From: Acetomicrobium hydrogeniformans
GTDB lineage: Bacteria > Synergistota > Synergistia > Synergistales > JAFGMB01
Length of the DNA: 64,000 nt
Direction: 5' to 3'
Assembly: GCA_016841745.1 (NCBI GenBank)
Contig: JAENYO010000001.1
Span: 120,799 to 184,798 of the forward strand
Shown: in pieces, positions 18,280 through 27,294 of the stretch
Layout of the letters: every line of letters starts with the position of its first letter
How positions within the stretch are numbered: position 1 is the first letter of the stretch
Translations under genes and position numbers: made by a program
Notes under the pieces: model-generated
What the model was told of the DNA's origin: nothing
What the model saw: the letters and a program-made list of their open reading frames with translations, nothing else
Database searches by the model: none

Positions 18280-19392
18280 TTGAAATCTAAATCTACATTA
18301 ACTAACCCTCAATCATTTGACAATTTAGGAAACAATACCTTTCTTGATAAGAATGAGAACCCCTTTCCGCTGCCACCTTCTCCGATGGAAGAGATAAGAG
18401 ATCTCCTGCCCCAAATCCTTCTCAACAGATATCCAGAATCGAGCTATCGAAAGTTAAGGGAATGTCTTTCTTCTGTAACTGGATTCCCTCCTGAAAATAT
18501 AATAGTTGGGAATGGTGGAGATGAAATTCTCTGGCTATTGTATGCCTCTTATGTAAAAGCCGGGGATAAGGTATTAACAATGGACCCAAGTTTTTCAGAA
18601 TACTCCCATTTGTCCAGAGTTTATAATGCAGAACAGAGAACAGTCCCGATAGTTTTAAATGATGGTACCTTTTCTCTTGATGAAGAAGATTTTATTGATT
18701 CACTATCAGCTTCATCCCCTTCTCTTGTGTTGATTGATTCCCCCAACAATCCGACAGGGATATCCCTATCTTCAGGATTTCTCGATCAAGTTACGCATTT
18801 ATCTCCAGGTATAACAGTTATTGACGAAGCATACGGAGAATTTGCATCTCAGGATTATCTGAAAACGATCCGTAATACAACAATTCCTCACAGGACAGTG
18901 ATTTTAAAAACCTTGTCAAAGGCATGGGGTTTAGCCGGAGTTCGTTTGGGTTATGCCATATGCAGTGATGATGTGGCGTATAAAATTAACGAAATACGTT
19001 GCCCTTACAACGTAAATGTTTTGTCCCAGGAGGTGGCGAGGATTATGCTCTCCTATAGTGAATGGATGGAAAGCAGAGTTTCCACCATAAGGTATATAAG
19101 GGACAAATTCATTACGGCCGTCAACAGAATTTCCAAGTGGCGGGCTTTCCCCAGTAACTCCAATTTTGTTCTTCTTCAAACAGGTATTAACCGGGACCTT
19201 ATCAGACAAAGCATGGAAAATCAGGGAATCCATATCAAATATGTAGATATGCCTACTTATCCAGGAACATGGTTAAGGATATCTGTCGGAAAAGAAGAAG
19301 ATATGAGCCTGATACTTGAAGTTCTGGTAAGGCTATCTGATTTCGTCAATAAGAACGACCATACTCTCGAGAATGATCTTGATATAGCTTGA
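18280..19392 (+). CDS. hisC: histidinol-phosphate aminotransferase family (class II PLP aminotransferase)
   Basis: Contains the motifs NENP, GNGGDE, SPNNPTG, DEAYGEF and TLSKAWGLAGVRLGY. GGAGG lies 7 nt before the in-frame TTG 18280. The track start 18211 is probably upstream of the transcript. Confidence 0.8.
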   Translation: MKSKSTLTNPQSFDNLGNNTFLDKNENPFPLPPSPMEEIRDLLPQILLNRYPESSYRKLRECLSSVTGFPPENIIVGNGGDEILWLLYASYVKAGDKVLTMDPSFSEYSHLSRVYNAEQRTVPIVLNDGTFSLDEEDFIDSLSASSPSLVLIDSPNNPTGISLSSGFLDQVTHLSPGITVIDEAYGEFASQDYLKTIRNTTIPHRTVILKTLSKAWGLAGVRLGYAICSDDVAYKINEIRCPYNVNVLSQEVARIMLSYSEWMESRVSTIRYIRDKFITAVNRISKWRAFPSNSNFVLLQTGINRDLIRQSMENQGIHIKYVDMPTYPGTWLRISVGKEEDMSLILEVLVRLSDFVNKNDHTLENDLDIA

Positions 19393-19455
19393 CCATCATA
19401 GGTCAAAGAATAGGCACTCCGCTTTAGTTCGTCTTTTAGATGATTTGTTACAGGC

Positions 19456-19484
19456 TTGCATTATAGAAATATTACTGCTACAAT
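19456..19484 (+). promoter_or_regulatory. sigma70-type promoter of yerC-like gene
   Basis: TTGCAT, a 17-nt spacer, then TACAAT. Confidence 0.5.
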
Positions 19485-19529
19485 CTTGATAAATTATTAA
19501 GGTTGTATTTTGCAGAAGGGGTGAAAAAT

Positions 19530-19817
19530 ATGGTGGAGAAATGGAAAGATCGTCTTACCGATCAACTTTCAAGGGCTGTTCTTGCCCTTGATAACCCGGA
19601 GGAAGTTTACTGTTTCCTTGAAGATATTGCCACCATTGGCGAAATACGCGCACTCGCTCAGAGGCTTGAAGTTGCAAGGCTCCTGGATGATGGCTATACC
19701 TATCCCCAGATAGCCCAGCAGACAGGCGCCAGCACCGCTACAATAAGCAGAGTGAAAAAGTTCCTTGAATATGGCGCCGATGGGTATAAGATCGTACTTG
19801 AGCGATTAAAAAAGTAG
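19530..19817 (+). CDS. YerC/YecD family TrpR-like DNA-binding protein
   Basis: Contains the sequence LDNPEEVYCFLEDIATIGEIRALAQRLEVARLL...QTGASTATISRVKKFLEYG. GAAGGGGTG lies upstream of ATG 19530. The track start is TTG 19503. Confidence 0.8.
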   Translation: MVEKWKDRLTDQLSRAVLALDNPEEVYCFLEDIATIGEIRALAQRLEVARLLDDGYTYPQIAQQTGASTATISRVKKFLEYGADGYKIVLERLKK

Positions 19818-19823
19818 GCGGCC

Positions 19824-19877
19824 CTTAAACACAACAAACGACCTTTCTTCTCAGAAAGGTCGTTTGTTGTGTTTAAG
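19824..19877. terminator. bidirectional terminator between convergent yerC-like gene and nth
   Basis: A perfect 24-bp stem: CTTAAACACAACAAACGACCTTTC-ttctca-GAAAGGTCGTTTGTTGTGTTTAAG. The 3' arm includes the nth stop codon. Confidence 0.75.
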
Positions 19878-20613
19878 CATCATCCTGGTCAGGTAACATT
19901 TTTTCTCTACGATGATAGTTACAGTTGGATTGAAGAGGACATTTTTCACACTTGGGTTTTCTTGCTGTACATATTCCTCTGCCGTGTGAAATTATGTTAA
20001 GATGGGCCCCCAGAAATCTCGAAGGCTCAATAATTCCTTCCATTACCTGCTGGATCTCTTCAGGCTTAAGGTTACTGCCAACCCAGCCTATTCTTCTGCA
20101 GAATCGCGAAACATGAGTATCAACAGGGAAAGCCGGAATTCCCAGTTCAAAGACAAGAACACAGGCTATTGTCTTTGGACCAACTCCCGGCATCCGCTGA
20201 AGAAGGGACTGAACCCTTTCTCTGCTGGCTCTTCTGAGAACTTTCAAAGATAATTCTCCAAAATCCTCAAGTATCATTTCAAGAATATATTTTATCCTCC
20301 TGGCTTTAATGTTAGCCAAACCAGCAGGTCTTACCAGATCAACCAGGTCTTCTAAACTTGCTCTATGAACATCATCCCATTGTTGATAAGCATCCTTAAG
20401 CCTGGAAAAAGCGACGTCTCGGTTCCTGTCATTGGTATTTTGGGATAATAAAGTCAAGATGAGTCCATCTAGTGGCTCCTCATGTCCAAGATCAGGAGAC
20501 TCACCTTCCATACCCCAGGTTTTCTCGAGGATATCTAGAGTCATCTTAATGTTGTAATACTTGGATAGCACTTCATCTGATATATCATTCAGACAATTAA
20601 CTGATTTGCACAT
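19873..20613 (-). CDS. nth: endonuclease III (DNA-(apurinic/apyrimidinic site) lyase)
   Basis: Contains the HhH-GPD core and a C-terminal 4Fe-4S motif CTARKPKCEKCPLQSNC. The track start 20670 overlaps the Lon-like gene. ATG 20613 follows that gene's stop, though the start remains uncertain. Confidence 0.85.
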   Translation of the reverse strand: MCKSVNCLNDISDEVLSKYYNIKMTLDILEKTWGMEGESPDLGHEEPLDGLILTLLSQNTNDRNRDVAFSRLKDAYQQWDDVHRASLEDLVDLVRPAGLANIKARRIKYILEMILEDFGELSLKVLRRASRERVQSLLQRMPGVGPKTIACVLVFELGIPAFPVDTHVSRFCRRIGWVGSNLKPEEIQQVMEGIIEPSRFLGAHLNIISHGRGICTARKPKCEKCPLQSNCNYHRREKMLPDQDDA

Positions 20614-20617
20614 TATT

Positions 20618-23071
20618 TTACAATTCTGGCTTTTCGCTATCGACTTTTCCGGAATCGTTATTGCCTCCAAGTTCCTTGGTTAGCCTTACAGATAGATCAA
20701 ACCAGCTCTTAAGGCGGGCTTTCACCTTGCCATGAATGCAATCTTCTGGATAGAATCCCTCAGGGCCAGCTTCACCTGCTGGAACATCAGTAAGGATTTC
20801 AATACCCTGATCAATAGTCTTAATTGCCCATACATGGAAAGTCCCTTCTTCTACAGCATTGATTACTTCCTTATTGAGCATGAGGTTAATGCAGTTCTGC
20901 CAGGGTATCATAACACCTTGGTCTCCCTTCAGACCCCTTGCTTTACAAAAGCGGAAAAACCCTTCAATCTTTTCATTAACTCCTCCAATAGGCTGTATGT
21001 TGCCAAACTGGTCAACCGAACCAGTTACGGCTATGGACTGCTTCAGAGGTACACCTGAAAGAGCTGAAAGAAGACAATACAGTTCCGTTGAAGATGCACT
21101 GTCTCCCTCTATTCCTCCATAGTTCTGTTCAAAAGCGATCTTTGCTGAAAGGGATAAGGGCATATCCTGAGCATACTTACTACCCAGGTAACTGCTCAGG
21201 ATGAGTAATCCCTTATTATGAATTGGACCAGCCATTTTTACTTCTCTTTCTATATTTACGATCCCTTCTTTTCCCATAAAAACATTGGCAGTTATACGTG
21301 AAGGATGGCCGAACATATAGTCTTCCAGGCTTAGTACAGCCAGACCATTGATCTGGCCAATCCTGTTACCTTCAGTGTCTACCCTTATCATATTTTCGTG
21401 AAAAGCTCTATCAATTCTTTCCTGAATCAGGTTGGAACGGAATCTTTTTTCCTGGATCGCCTTGTAGACATGCTCAGAGGTAACGACATCAGCACCATCC
21501 ATCCCGGCCCATGCTGATGCCTCAACAATTACTTCTGTTATCCTGTTAAACTGTGTAGACATGCGATTCTGATGATCAGCAAGACGACAGGACCATTCAA
21601 CAACCTCTCCGACTCCAGCACAAGTAAAGGGTTTGATATTCTGTTCCTTTTCAATAAAACTAGAAACAAAAAGGGCCATTTCTTTTTCAGATTCGGGAGT
21701 CCTTGTCATGTCAATATCAAAATCTGCCTTTATCTTGAATATCTTTTGAAACTCTGGATCGTAGATTTGAAGCAACCTGTAAAGATATCTTGTACCGACC
21801 ATTACAACTTTTACATTTATGGGAATTGGCTGAGGTCTCAGCGAAGAAACAGGGATGGCTCCATACTGTTCACCAAGATTCTCTATCCTGATCTCCCCGG
21901 TACGTAGAATCTGTTTAAGTCCCTCCCATGCCATAAAATTACGTAGAACTTTTTCAGCATCAAGAAGAATATATCCACCATTAGCTCTGTGAAAGTCACC
22001 TGCCATGATCTTGCGGAAGTCCGTGTAGAGATAACCCTGCCTGCTCTCATATTCAAGTTTGCCATTCAGGTTATAAAAGGTAGGGTTAGTCGCCCAGATT
22101 ACGGGAGCCCCTACATCAGGGTCATTACTCACAAGTACGTTGATCGTATAACGACTGAAATCAACCTCAGCTGATTCATCTTTTGCTGCCGCAACAAAAA
22201 CATTAAAATTGGTTACTATATCTTCAGTCAGGAAATCGATCCAGTCACATAGTTTTTCATTACTTTTGTATTTATCCTTTATCTCTTCAAGATAAGGTGT
22301 AATTGCTGTTCTGCATATCTCAGCTTCCAGTTCATTTATCTTTTCTTTAAGAGATTTTTCCTTATCTCGAATTGTCCTTAGAACTTCAAGTGTTTTCAGG
22401 GAAACCTGCTCGGATTTCTGCTGGAGTTCTTTTTGCTGATCTTCGGAAAGGTTTTCAAATTCTTCCTGCTGTATTTCCCTGGAAACTTTTTCCCCATCAT
22501 CGTTAACCTCTTCTTTCATGGGGATATTGACAAAACCCTGAGGAGTTCTTTTAAGAGAAAAGCCGAGGCCCGATGCCCAATTCCTGACCTCTTCCATTAG
22601 GAGGTTAACATCCTCCTGAAAACCCTTGACAAGCTGGGCCTTTCCGTCTTCATATTGGCTCTTTTCAAAAGCTTTACTAATGGTTACTTTAAGTTCATCC
22701 AGCAGCGAACCAAAAGTCGTCTCCAACTCCTTGCCCTTCCCTGCCGGGAGTTCCATTGCAATAGGTTTTCCTGGATCATTGAAGTTATAGACATAAACCC
22801 AGTCATCAGGAGCCGGGACAGTTCTGGCCATTTCACCAAGTCTGTCCAGGGCATATGTAGTTCGTCCACTTCCGGGTTCTCCGAGGACAAAGATGTTATA
22901 TCCTTTACTATTCACAGCCAGGCCAAATGAAATAGCCTTCACTGCCCTTTCCTGGCCTATAAAGTCTTTAAGTCCCGGAAGTTCCTTTGTAGTTTCAAAA
23001 CCCAGGGTTGAATAATCCAGTCGTTTCCTGAGATCCTTTACATTTAATTCAGTATCCATTATCGTTGACAT
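20618..23071 (-). CDS. Lon-like protease (COG1067/LonC-YcbZ type) with degenerate AAA motifs and a coiled-coil insertion
   Basis: 817 aa. GGGAGG lies 7 nt before ATG 23071. The Walker-A-like motif GEPGSGRT has Arg70 where Lys is expected, and the Walker-B-like motif is YILLDAEK. The C-terminal Lon protease domain has GDSASS and NEKIEGF (the Ser-Lys dyad context). Confidence 0.8.
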   Translation of the reverse strand: MSTIMDTELNVKDLRKRLDYSTLGFETTKELPGLKDFIGQERAVKAISFGLAVNSKGYNIFVLGEPGSGRTTYALDRLGEMARTVPAPDDWVYVYNFNDPGKPIAMELPAGKGKELETTFGSLLDELKVTISKAFEKSQYEDGKAQLVKGFQEDVNLLMEEVRNWASGLGFSLKRTPQGFVNIPMKEEVNDDGEKVSREIQQEEFENLSEDQQKELQQKSEQVSLKTLEVLRTIRDKEKSLKEKINELEAEICRTAITPYLEEIKDKYKSNEKLCDWIDFLTEDIVTNFNVFVAAAKDESAEVDFSRYTINVLVSNDPDVGAPVIWATNPTFYNLNGKLEYESRQGYLYTDFRKIMAGDFHRANGGYILLDAEKVLRNFMAWEGLKQILRTGEIRIENLGEQYGAIPVSSLRPQPIPINVKVVMVGTRYLYRLLQIYDPEFQKIFKIKADFDIDMTRTPESEKEMALFVSSFIEKEQNIKPFTCAGVGEVVEWSCRLADHQNRMSTQFNRITEVIVEASAWAGMDGADVVTSEHVYKAIQEKRFRSNLIQERIDRAFHENMIRVDTEGNRIGQINGLAVLSLEDYMFGHPSRITANVFMGKEGIVNIEREVKMAGPIHNKGLLILSSYLGSKYAQDMPLSLSAKIAFEQNYGGIEGDSASSTELYCLLSALSGVPLKQSIAVTGSVDQFGNIQPIGGVNEKIEGFFRFCKARGLKGDQGVMIPWQNCINLMLNKEVINAVEEGTFHVWAIKTIDQGIEILTDVPAGEAGPEGFYPEDCIHGKVKARLKSWFDLSVRLTKELGGNNDSGKVDSEKPEL

Positions 23072-24120
23072 TTAAAAACCTCCCTTGTTGACAGAATTAT
23101 GCCCCCACCAACCACTTTATCTTGGGAATATAAGACTAACGACTGACCTGGAGCAGGTGCTTTCATAGGTTCCAGTGCCTCTATTATAAATTGATCTCCT
23201 TCGATTGAAATTATCCTTATTCTGACGGGCCTGGTCCTGTATCTATGTTGTGCAAATAATTCATCTCCCACAGATACCTTACCATGCCATACGGGAGAAG
23301 AGCAATTAATAATAGAGGGGAAAAGTTCATTTTCCTTACCTACTATTACCATTTTGTTGAGGGGATCAAGAGAAATAACGAACCATGGCCCCCCCTGAAG
23401 CGCTAGACCCCGTCTCTGTCCTACAGTATAGAGGTAAACTCCCCGGTGTTCTCCAAGAATATTACCTCTTGTATCTACTATAGGTCCCGTATTATCATAC
23501 GTACTGTCTGCTTTATCCTGTAACAAATCCCTGAGGGCCATACCCTGCAAAAAACATATATCCTGGCTTTCACTATCATTTTTCAGTAATTCACCAAAGA
23601 TATTTTCTGAAACAACCTTTATCTCGGATTTCTGAACCGATCCAAGTGGGAAAATAAGCTTTGGGAACCACTCATTTTTTAACCTGTATAACATATAACT
23701 CTGATCTTTCAAGGGATCCATCCCTCTTAAAAGAAAATGAGACCCATGCAAACCAACTGAAAGTCTTGCATAATGGCCGCTCCCGACTAAATCTATTGCA
23801 TTCTGATCGGCATAGCGGAACAACAGATCGAATTTAACTTCCACATTACATATTACACAGGGATTGGGAGTAAAACCCTTTAGATAGGACTCGACAAAAG
23901 GCTTGATAACTGCCTTTTGGAAGATACGAGAGCAGTCTTCGATAACCAGAGGAATGTCAAGTAGCTCACAGATATCTGAAACTTTCTTTTGTTTGGCATG
24001 ATCTATTTCCCCTGTCATACGGAAAAAGATACCATGGACATCCAGCCCCTTCTTTTTAAGCAGGTAGGCGGCAAAAGAGCTATCCAGTCCTCCACTCATA
24101 CCCACAAGAACACTGGTCAT
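23059..24120 (-). CDS. mnmA: tRNA 2-thiouridine(34) synthase
   Basis: 353 aa with the PP-loop VLVGMSGGLDSS and the family-typical length and order. Confidence 0.9.
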   Translation of the reverse strand: MTSVLVGMSGGLDSSFAAYLLKKKGLDVHGIFFRMTGEIDHAKQKKVSDICELLDIPLVIEDCSRIFQKAVIKPFVESYLKGFTPNPCVICNVEVKFDLLFRYADQNAIDLVGSGHYARLSVGLHGSHFLLRGMDPLKDQSYMLYRLKNEWFPKLIFPLGSVQKSEIKVVSENIFGELLKNDSESQDICFLQGMALRDLLQDKADSTYDNTGPIVDTRGNILGEHRGVYLYTVGQRRGLALQGGPWFVISLDPLNKMVIVGKENELFPSIINCSSPVWHGKVSVGDELFAQHRYRTRPVRIRIISIEGDQFIIEALEPMKAPAPGQSLVLYSQDKVVGGGIILSTREVFKCQR

Positions 24121-26663
24121 GCTATTTTTTCCTCAATGATCTTTTTCAACTGGGCAGCAGTTGTGGGAAATAACGCCCCCATGAAGATAACTGCCCATTC
24201 GTTAAAACCTAGAGGAACTATTTTCAGAACAATCTGGAAAATGGGAACATAGGTTATAAGAATCTGCAAAAAAAGAGAAATAAGAACTCCACCAATTAAC
24301 CAACTATTTGCCCATAGCTGGGAAGGATTTTTCATAATACTATCTTTTCTGACATTGATCACGAAGAAAAGCTGCGATATTACAAGAGTATGGAATCCCA
24401 TTTCGGTTGCTCTGCTAAATTCACCAGCATGATTTGCCAGAGACCAGAGATATACTCCCAGGACACCCAGAGTCATGAGAGAACCATAAATAAAGATCTG
24501 AACCTTATGTCTGTTAGTAATTATCTCTTCACTCCTGCTCTTAGGAGGGCGTTTCATAAGATCAGGCTCTGCAGGGTCAAGTGCAAGGGAAAGAGCTGGT
24601 ATCACATCAGTTGCCAGATTTATCCATAGTATTTGAAGAGGTAGCAGGACAGATGGAAATTTAAGGAGAATGCTTAGAAAAACAGTAAGCACCTCACTGA
24701 GATTACAGCAAAGTAAAAATAATATGGCTTTCCTTATATTGTCAAAGATCCTTCTTCCCTCTGAAACTGCATGAACAATAGTAAGGAACCGGTCATCCTG
24801 AAGGATGATATCGGAAGCTTCCTTACTTACTTCAGTTCCCTGGACACCCATGGAAATACCAACATCTGCCTGTTTCAAGGCAACAGCATCATTAACTCCG
24901 TCTCCGGTCATTGCTACGACTTCGCCGTTTTTTTGAAGTCCCTGGACTATCTTAAGCTTGTTTTCAGGGGAAACTCTTGCCACAACAGCAATACGCCTGA
25001 TCCTTGAAGGCAGATCATCTTCGGGAATTTGGTCAAGATCAGAACCAAGAAGAGATGCATCATGCCGATCTTCAAGGATACCCACTTCTCGAGCTATGGA
25101 ATTAGCCGTTGCAAGATGGTCACCTGTGATCATAACAACGTGCATACCTGCTTCAAAACAGCTCCTGACTGCTTCCGGGACTTCAGGTCTGGGAGGATCA
25201 TCGATGCCAGCCAGACCATAGAGAACCATTTCGTCAAGAGATTTGCCCCAGGCAAAAGCCAAAGTCCTCATTCCTCTGGACGCCATAGAATTTACTTTTT
25301 CTTTCCAGTAACTCCGATCTTCAGGGGTCATAGTCTTTACTTCGCCTTCAGGACATGTAAAATACCTCACAAGATCGATAACTGTCTCAGGAGCCCCTTT
25401 AAGGGCTATCCCTGATTGATGGTAGGTAACCATCCTCTTCGTACCAGAATCAAAGGGTTCTTCACTTAGCCTGATAAAGGCAGTCCTTATTTCGCGATAA
25501 TCATAACCCATCTCAGATGCATACCTCAACAATGCTATATCCATTGGATCTCCGATAACCCCATCATCAGAAATCTCTCCGTCATTGCACAATACTGCAG
25601 TTCTGATAAGTATTGTAAGAGCATTCGGATGGTCAACATAAACAGATCTCACACTCATATCATTCATTGTTAATGTTCCTGTTTTATCAGTACATATTAC
25701 AGTTGTAGAACCAAGAGTCTCTACAGAAGAGAGGTTTCTTACAAGAGCATTTAACATTGCCATTCTCCTTACCCCAATGGCAAGGGTCATGGTCGCTACA
25801 AATGGAAGTCCTTCGGGAACTGCGGCAACTGCAAGAGCTATTCCAGTTTCTATCATCTTGACCAATCCCCTACCCTGCAATATGCCGAGGGTGATAACAG
25901 CAAAGGCAATACCCATAGTGGCATAAATAAGAAAACGGCTGAACCTCGCAAGCTTCTCTTCCAGAGGTGTTGCATTTGTTACGACCTTCTGAAGCATCTC
26001 TCCTATTTTCCCAAACTCGGTTTGCATAGCGGTTGCAAAAACAATTGCTCTTGCTGTACCTTTAACTACAGCAGTTCCAGCATAAACACAATTGCTCCTG
26101 TCGGGAAGGTTTGTATTTACGGAAAGAAGATCCAGGTTTTTTTCTACAGGAAGAGACTCACCCGTAAGGGATGCCTCGTTTACTGCCAGATTATTGACTC
26201 GAAATAGTCTGGCATCAGCAGGTACTATATCTCCTGCCTCCAGAAGGATGATATCCCCAGGAACAAGACATTCAGACTTTATAAGTCTAATTTCGTTGTT
26301 TCGAAGAACTCTTGAACTGGCAGAAGTCATTGATCTAAGAGCTTCAAGTGAACGTTCAGCTCTATATTCAGTGAAAAATCCAATAAAGCCATTAATAAGG
26401 ATAACAATAAATATTGCGCCCCCGTCAAGATACTCTTTCATGACTAAACTGATTGAGGCAGCACCAGACAGGAGGTATATCATTGGTGAAAGAAACTGAC
26501 GGATAAGCAGCTTCATCCAGGATTCTGTTTTTAATTCCTGCAGAAGGTTTTTGCCATATTTTTCCAGAAGCTCTTCAGCACGAACCTCAGAAAGACCGCG
26601 CTCCAGAGAAACTTTTAAAATATCAGAAAGCTCATCTATACTTCTTGTATGTGCTTGATCCAT
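24117..26663 (-). CDS. cation-transporting P-type ATPase (P2/Ca2+-ATPase-like)
   Basis: 848 aa with the motifs TGES, PEGLP, ICTDKTGTLT, MITGDH and GDGVNDAVALKQADVG. Confidence 0.9.
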   Translation of the reverse strand: MDQAHTRSIDELSDILKVSLERGLSEVRAEELLEKYGKNLLQELKTESWMKLLIRQFLSPMIYLLSGAASISLVMKEYLDGGAIFIVILINGFIGFFTEYRAERSLEALRSMTSASSRVLRNNEIRLIKSECLVPGDIILLEAGDIVPADARLFRVNNLAVNEASLTGESLPVEKNLDLLSVNTNLPDRSNCVYAGTAVVKGTARAIVFATAMQTEFGKIGEMLQKVVTNATPLEEKLARFSRFLIYATMGIAFAVITLGILQGRGLVKMIETGIALAVAAVPEGLPFVATMTLAIGVRRMAMLNALVRNLSSVETLGSTTVICTDKTGTLTMNDMSVRSVYVDHPNALTILIRTAVLCNDGEISDDGVIGDPMDIALLRYASEMGYDYREIRTAFIRLSEEPFDSGTKRMVTYHQSGIALKGAPETVIDLVRYFTCPEGEVKTMTPEDRSYWKEKVNSMASRGMRTLAFAWGKSLDEMVLYGLAGIDDPPRPEVPEAVRSCFEAGMHVVMITGDHLATANSIAREVGILEDRHDASLLGSDLDQIPEDDLPSRIRRIAVVARVSPENKLKIVQGLQKNGEVVAMTGDGVNDAVALKQADVGISMGVQGTEVSKEASDIILQDDRFLTIVHAVSEGRRIFDNIRKAILFLLCCNLSEVLTVFLSILLKFPSVLLPLQILWINLATDVIPALSLALDPAEPDLMKRPPKSRSEEIITNRHKVQIFIYGSLMTLGVLGVYLWSLANHAGEFSRATEMGFHTLVISQLFFVINVRKDSIMKNPSQLWANSWLIGGVLISLFLQILITYVPIFQIVLKIVPLGFNEWAVIFMGALFPTTAAQLKKIIEEKIA

Positions 26664-26684
26664 ATTATCCTGCCTTTCCTGTAA

Positions 26685-27236
26685 CTAAAAATCGATGCCT
26701 TTTCTCGCCAGTATTCCCCCCGTAAAGGGATGTTTGACTTCTTGCATTTCTATTGTGATATCAGCAATGGCAAAAAAGATTTCGGGAGGATTCCTTCCTG
26801 TAAGTACTACGGTTACAGGAGATATCCTTTTCTGAATGATAGATACTACCTCTTTTGCACAAATGAGTCCATAATCTGCAGCCACATTTATCTCATCAAG
26901 TATTAGCATGTCGTATCCAGGATCTTTGATAAGGTCTTTGGCTATCAACAGGCCTCTTTCTGCCTCATTGATATCTATACGAGAAGGAGATCCCTTCTTG
27001 ACAAATAAAGGAGTGCCAGTCTGGAAAAGAGAAACGCCCTTAAGCTTCCCTATAAAGGAACATTCGGAATACTGATAACCCTTCATGAACTGGATAATTC
27101 CCACATTTTTACCCATTTCTACCCATCTGAGGAGAAGTCCAAGCGAAAGGGTCGTCTTTCCTTTCCCGTGACCGTGTATCAGAAATATACTTCCCTTCTC
27201 TTCTGCGATAATAAACACCATCCTGTCAGAATACAT
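26685..27236 (-). CDS. cobO: cob(I)yrinic acid a,c-diamide adenosyltransferase (CobO/BtuR type)
   Basis: 183 aa with the family core HGHGKGKTTLSLGLLLRWVEMGKNVGIIQFMKG. Confidence 0.8.
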   Translation of the reverse strand: MYSDRMVFIIAEEKGSIFLIHGHGKGKTTLSLGLLLRWVEMGKNVGIIQFMKGYQYSECSFIGKLKGVSLFQTGTPLFVKKGSPSRIDINEAERGLLIAKDLIKDPGYDMLILDEINVAADYGLICAKEVVSIIQKRISPVTVVLTGRNPPEIFFAIADITIEMQEVKHPFTGGILARKGIDF

Positions 27237-27294
27237 ATGGACTTGTTAACTTCTGCATATTGAACTAAAATGCCTTGAGATCGGAGGTTTGTCA

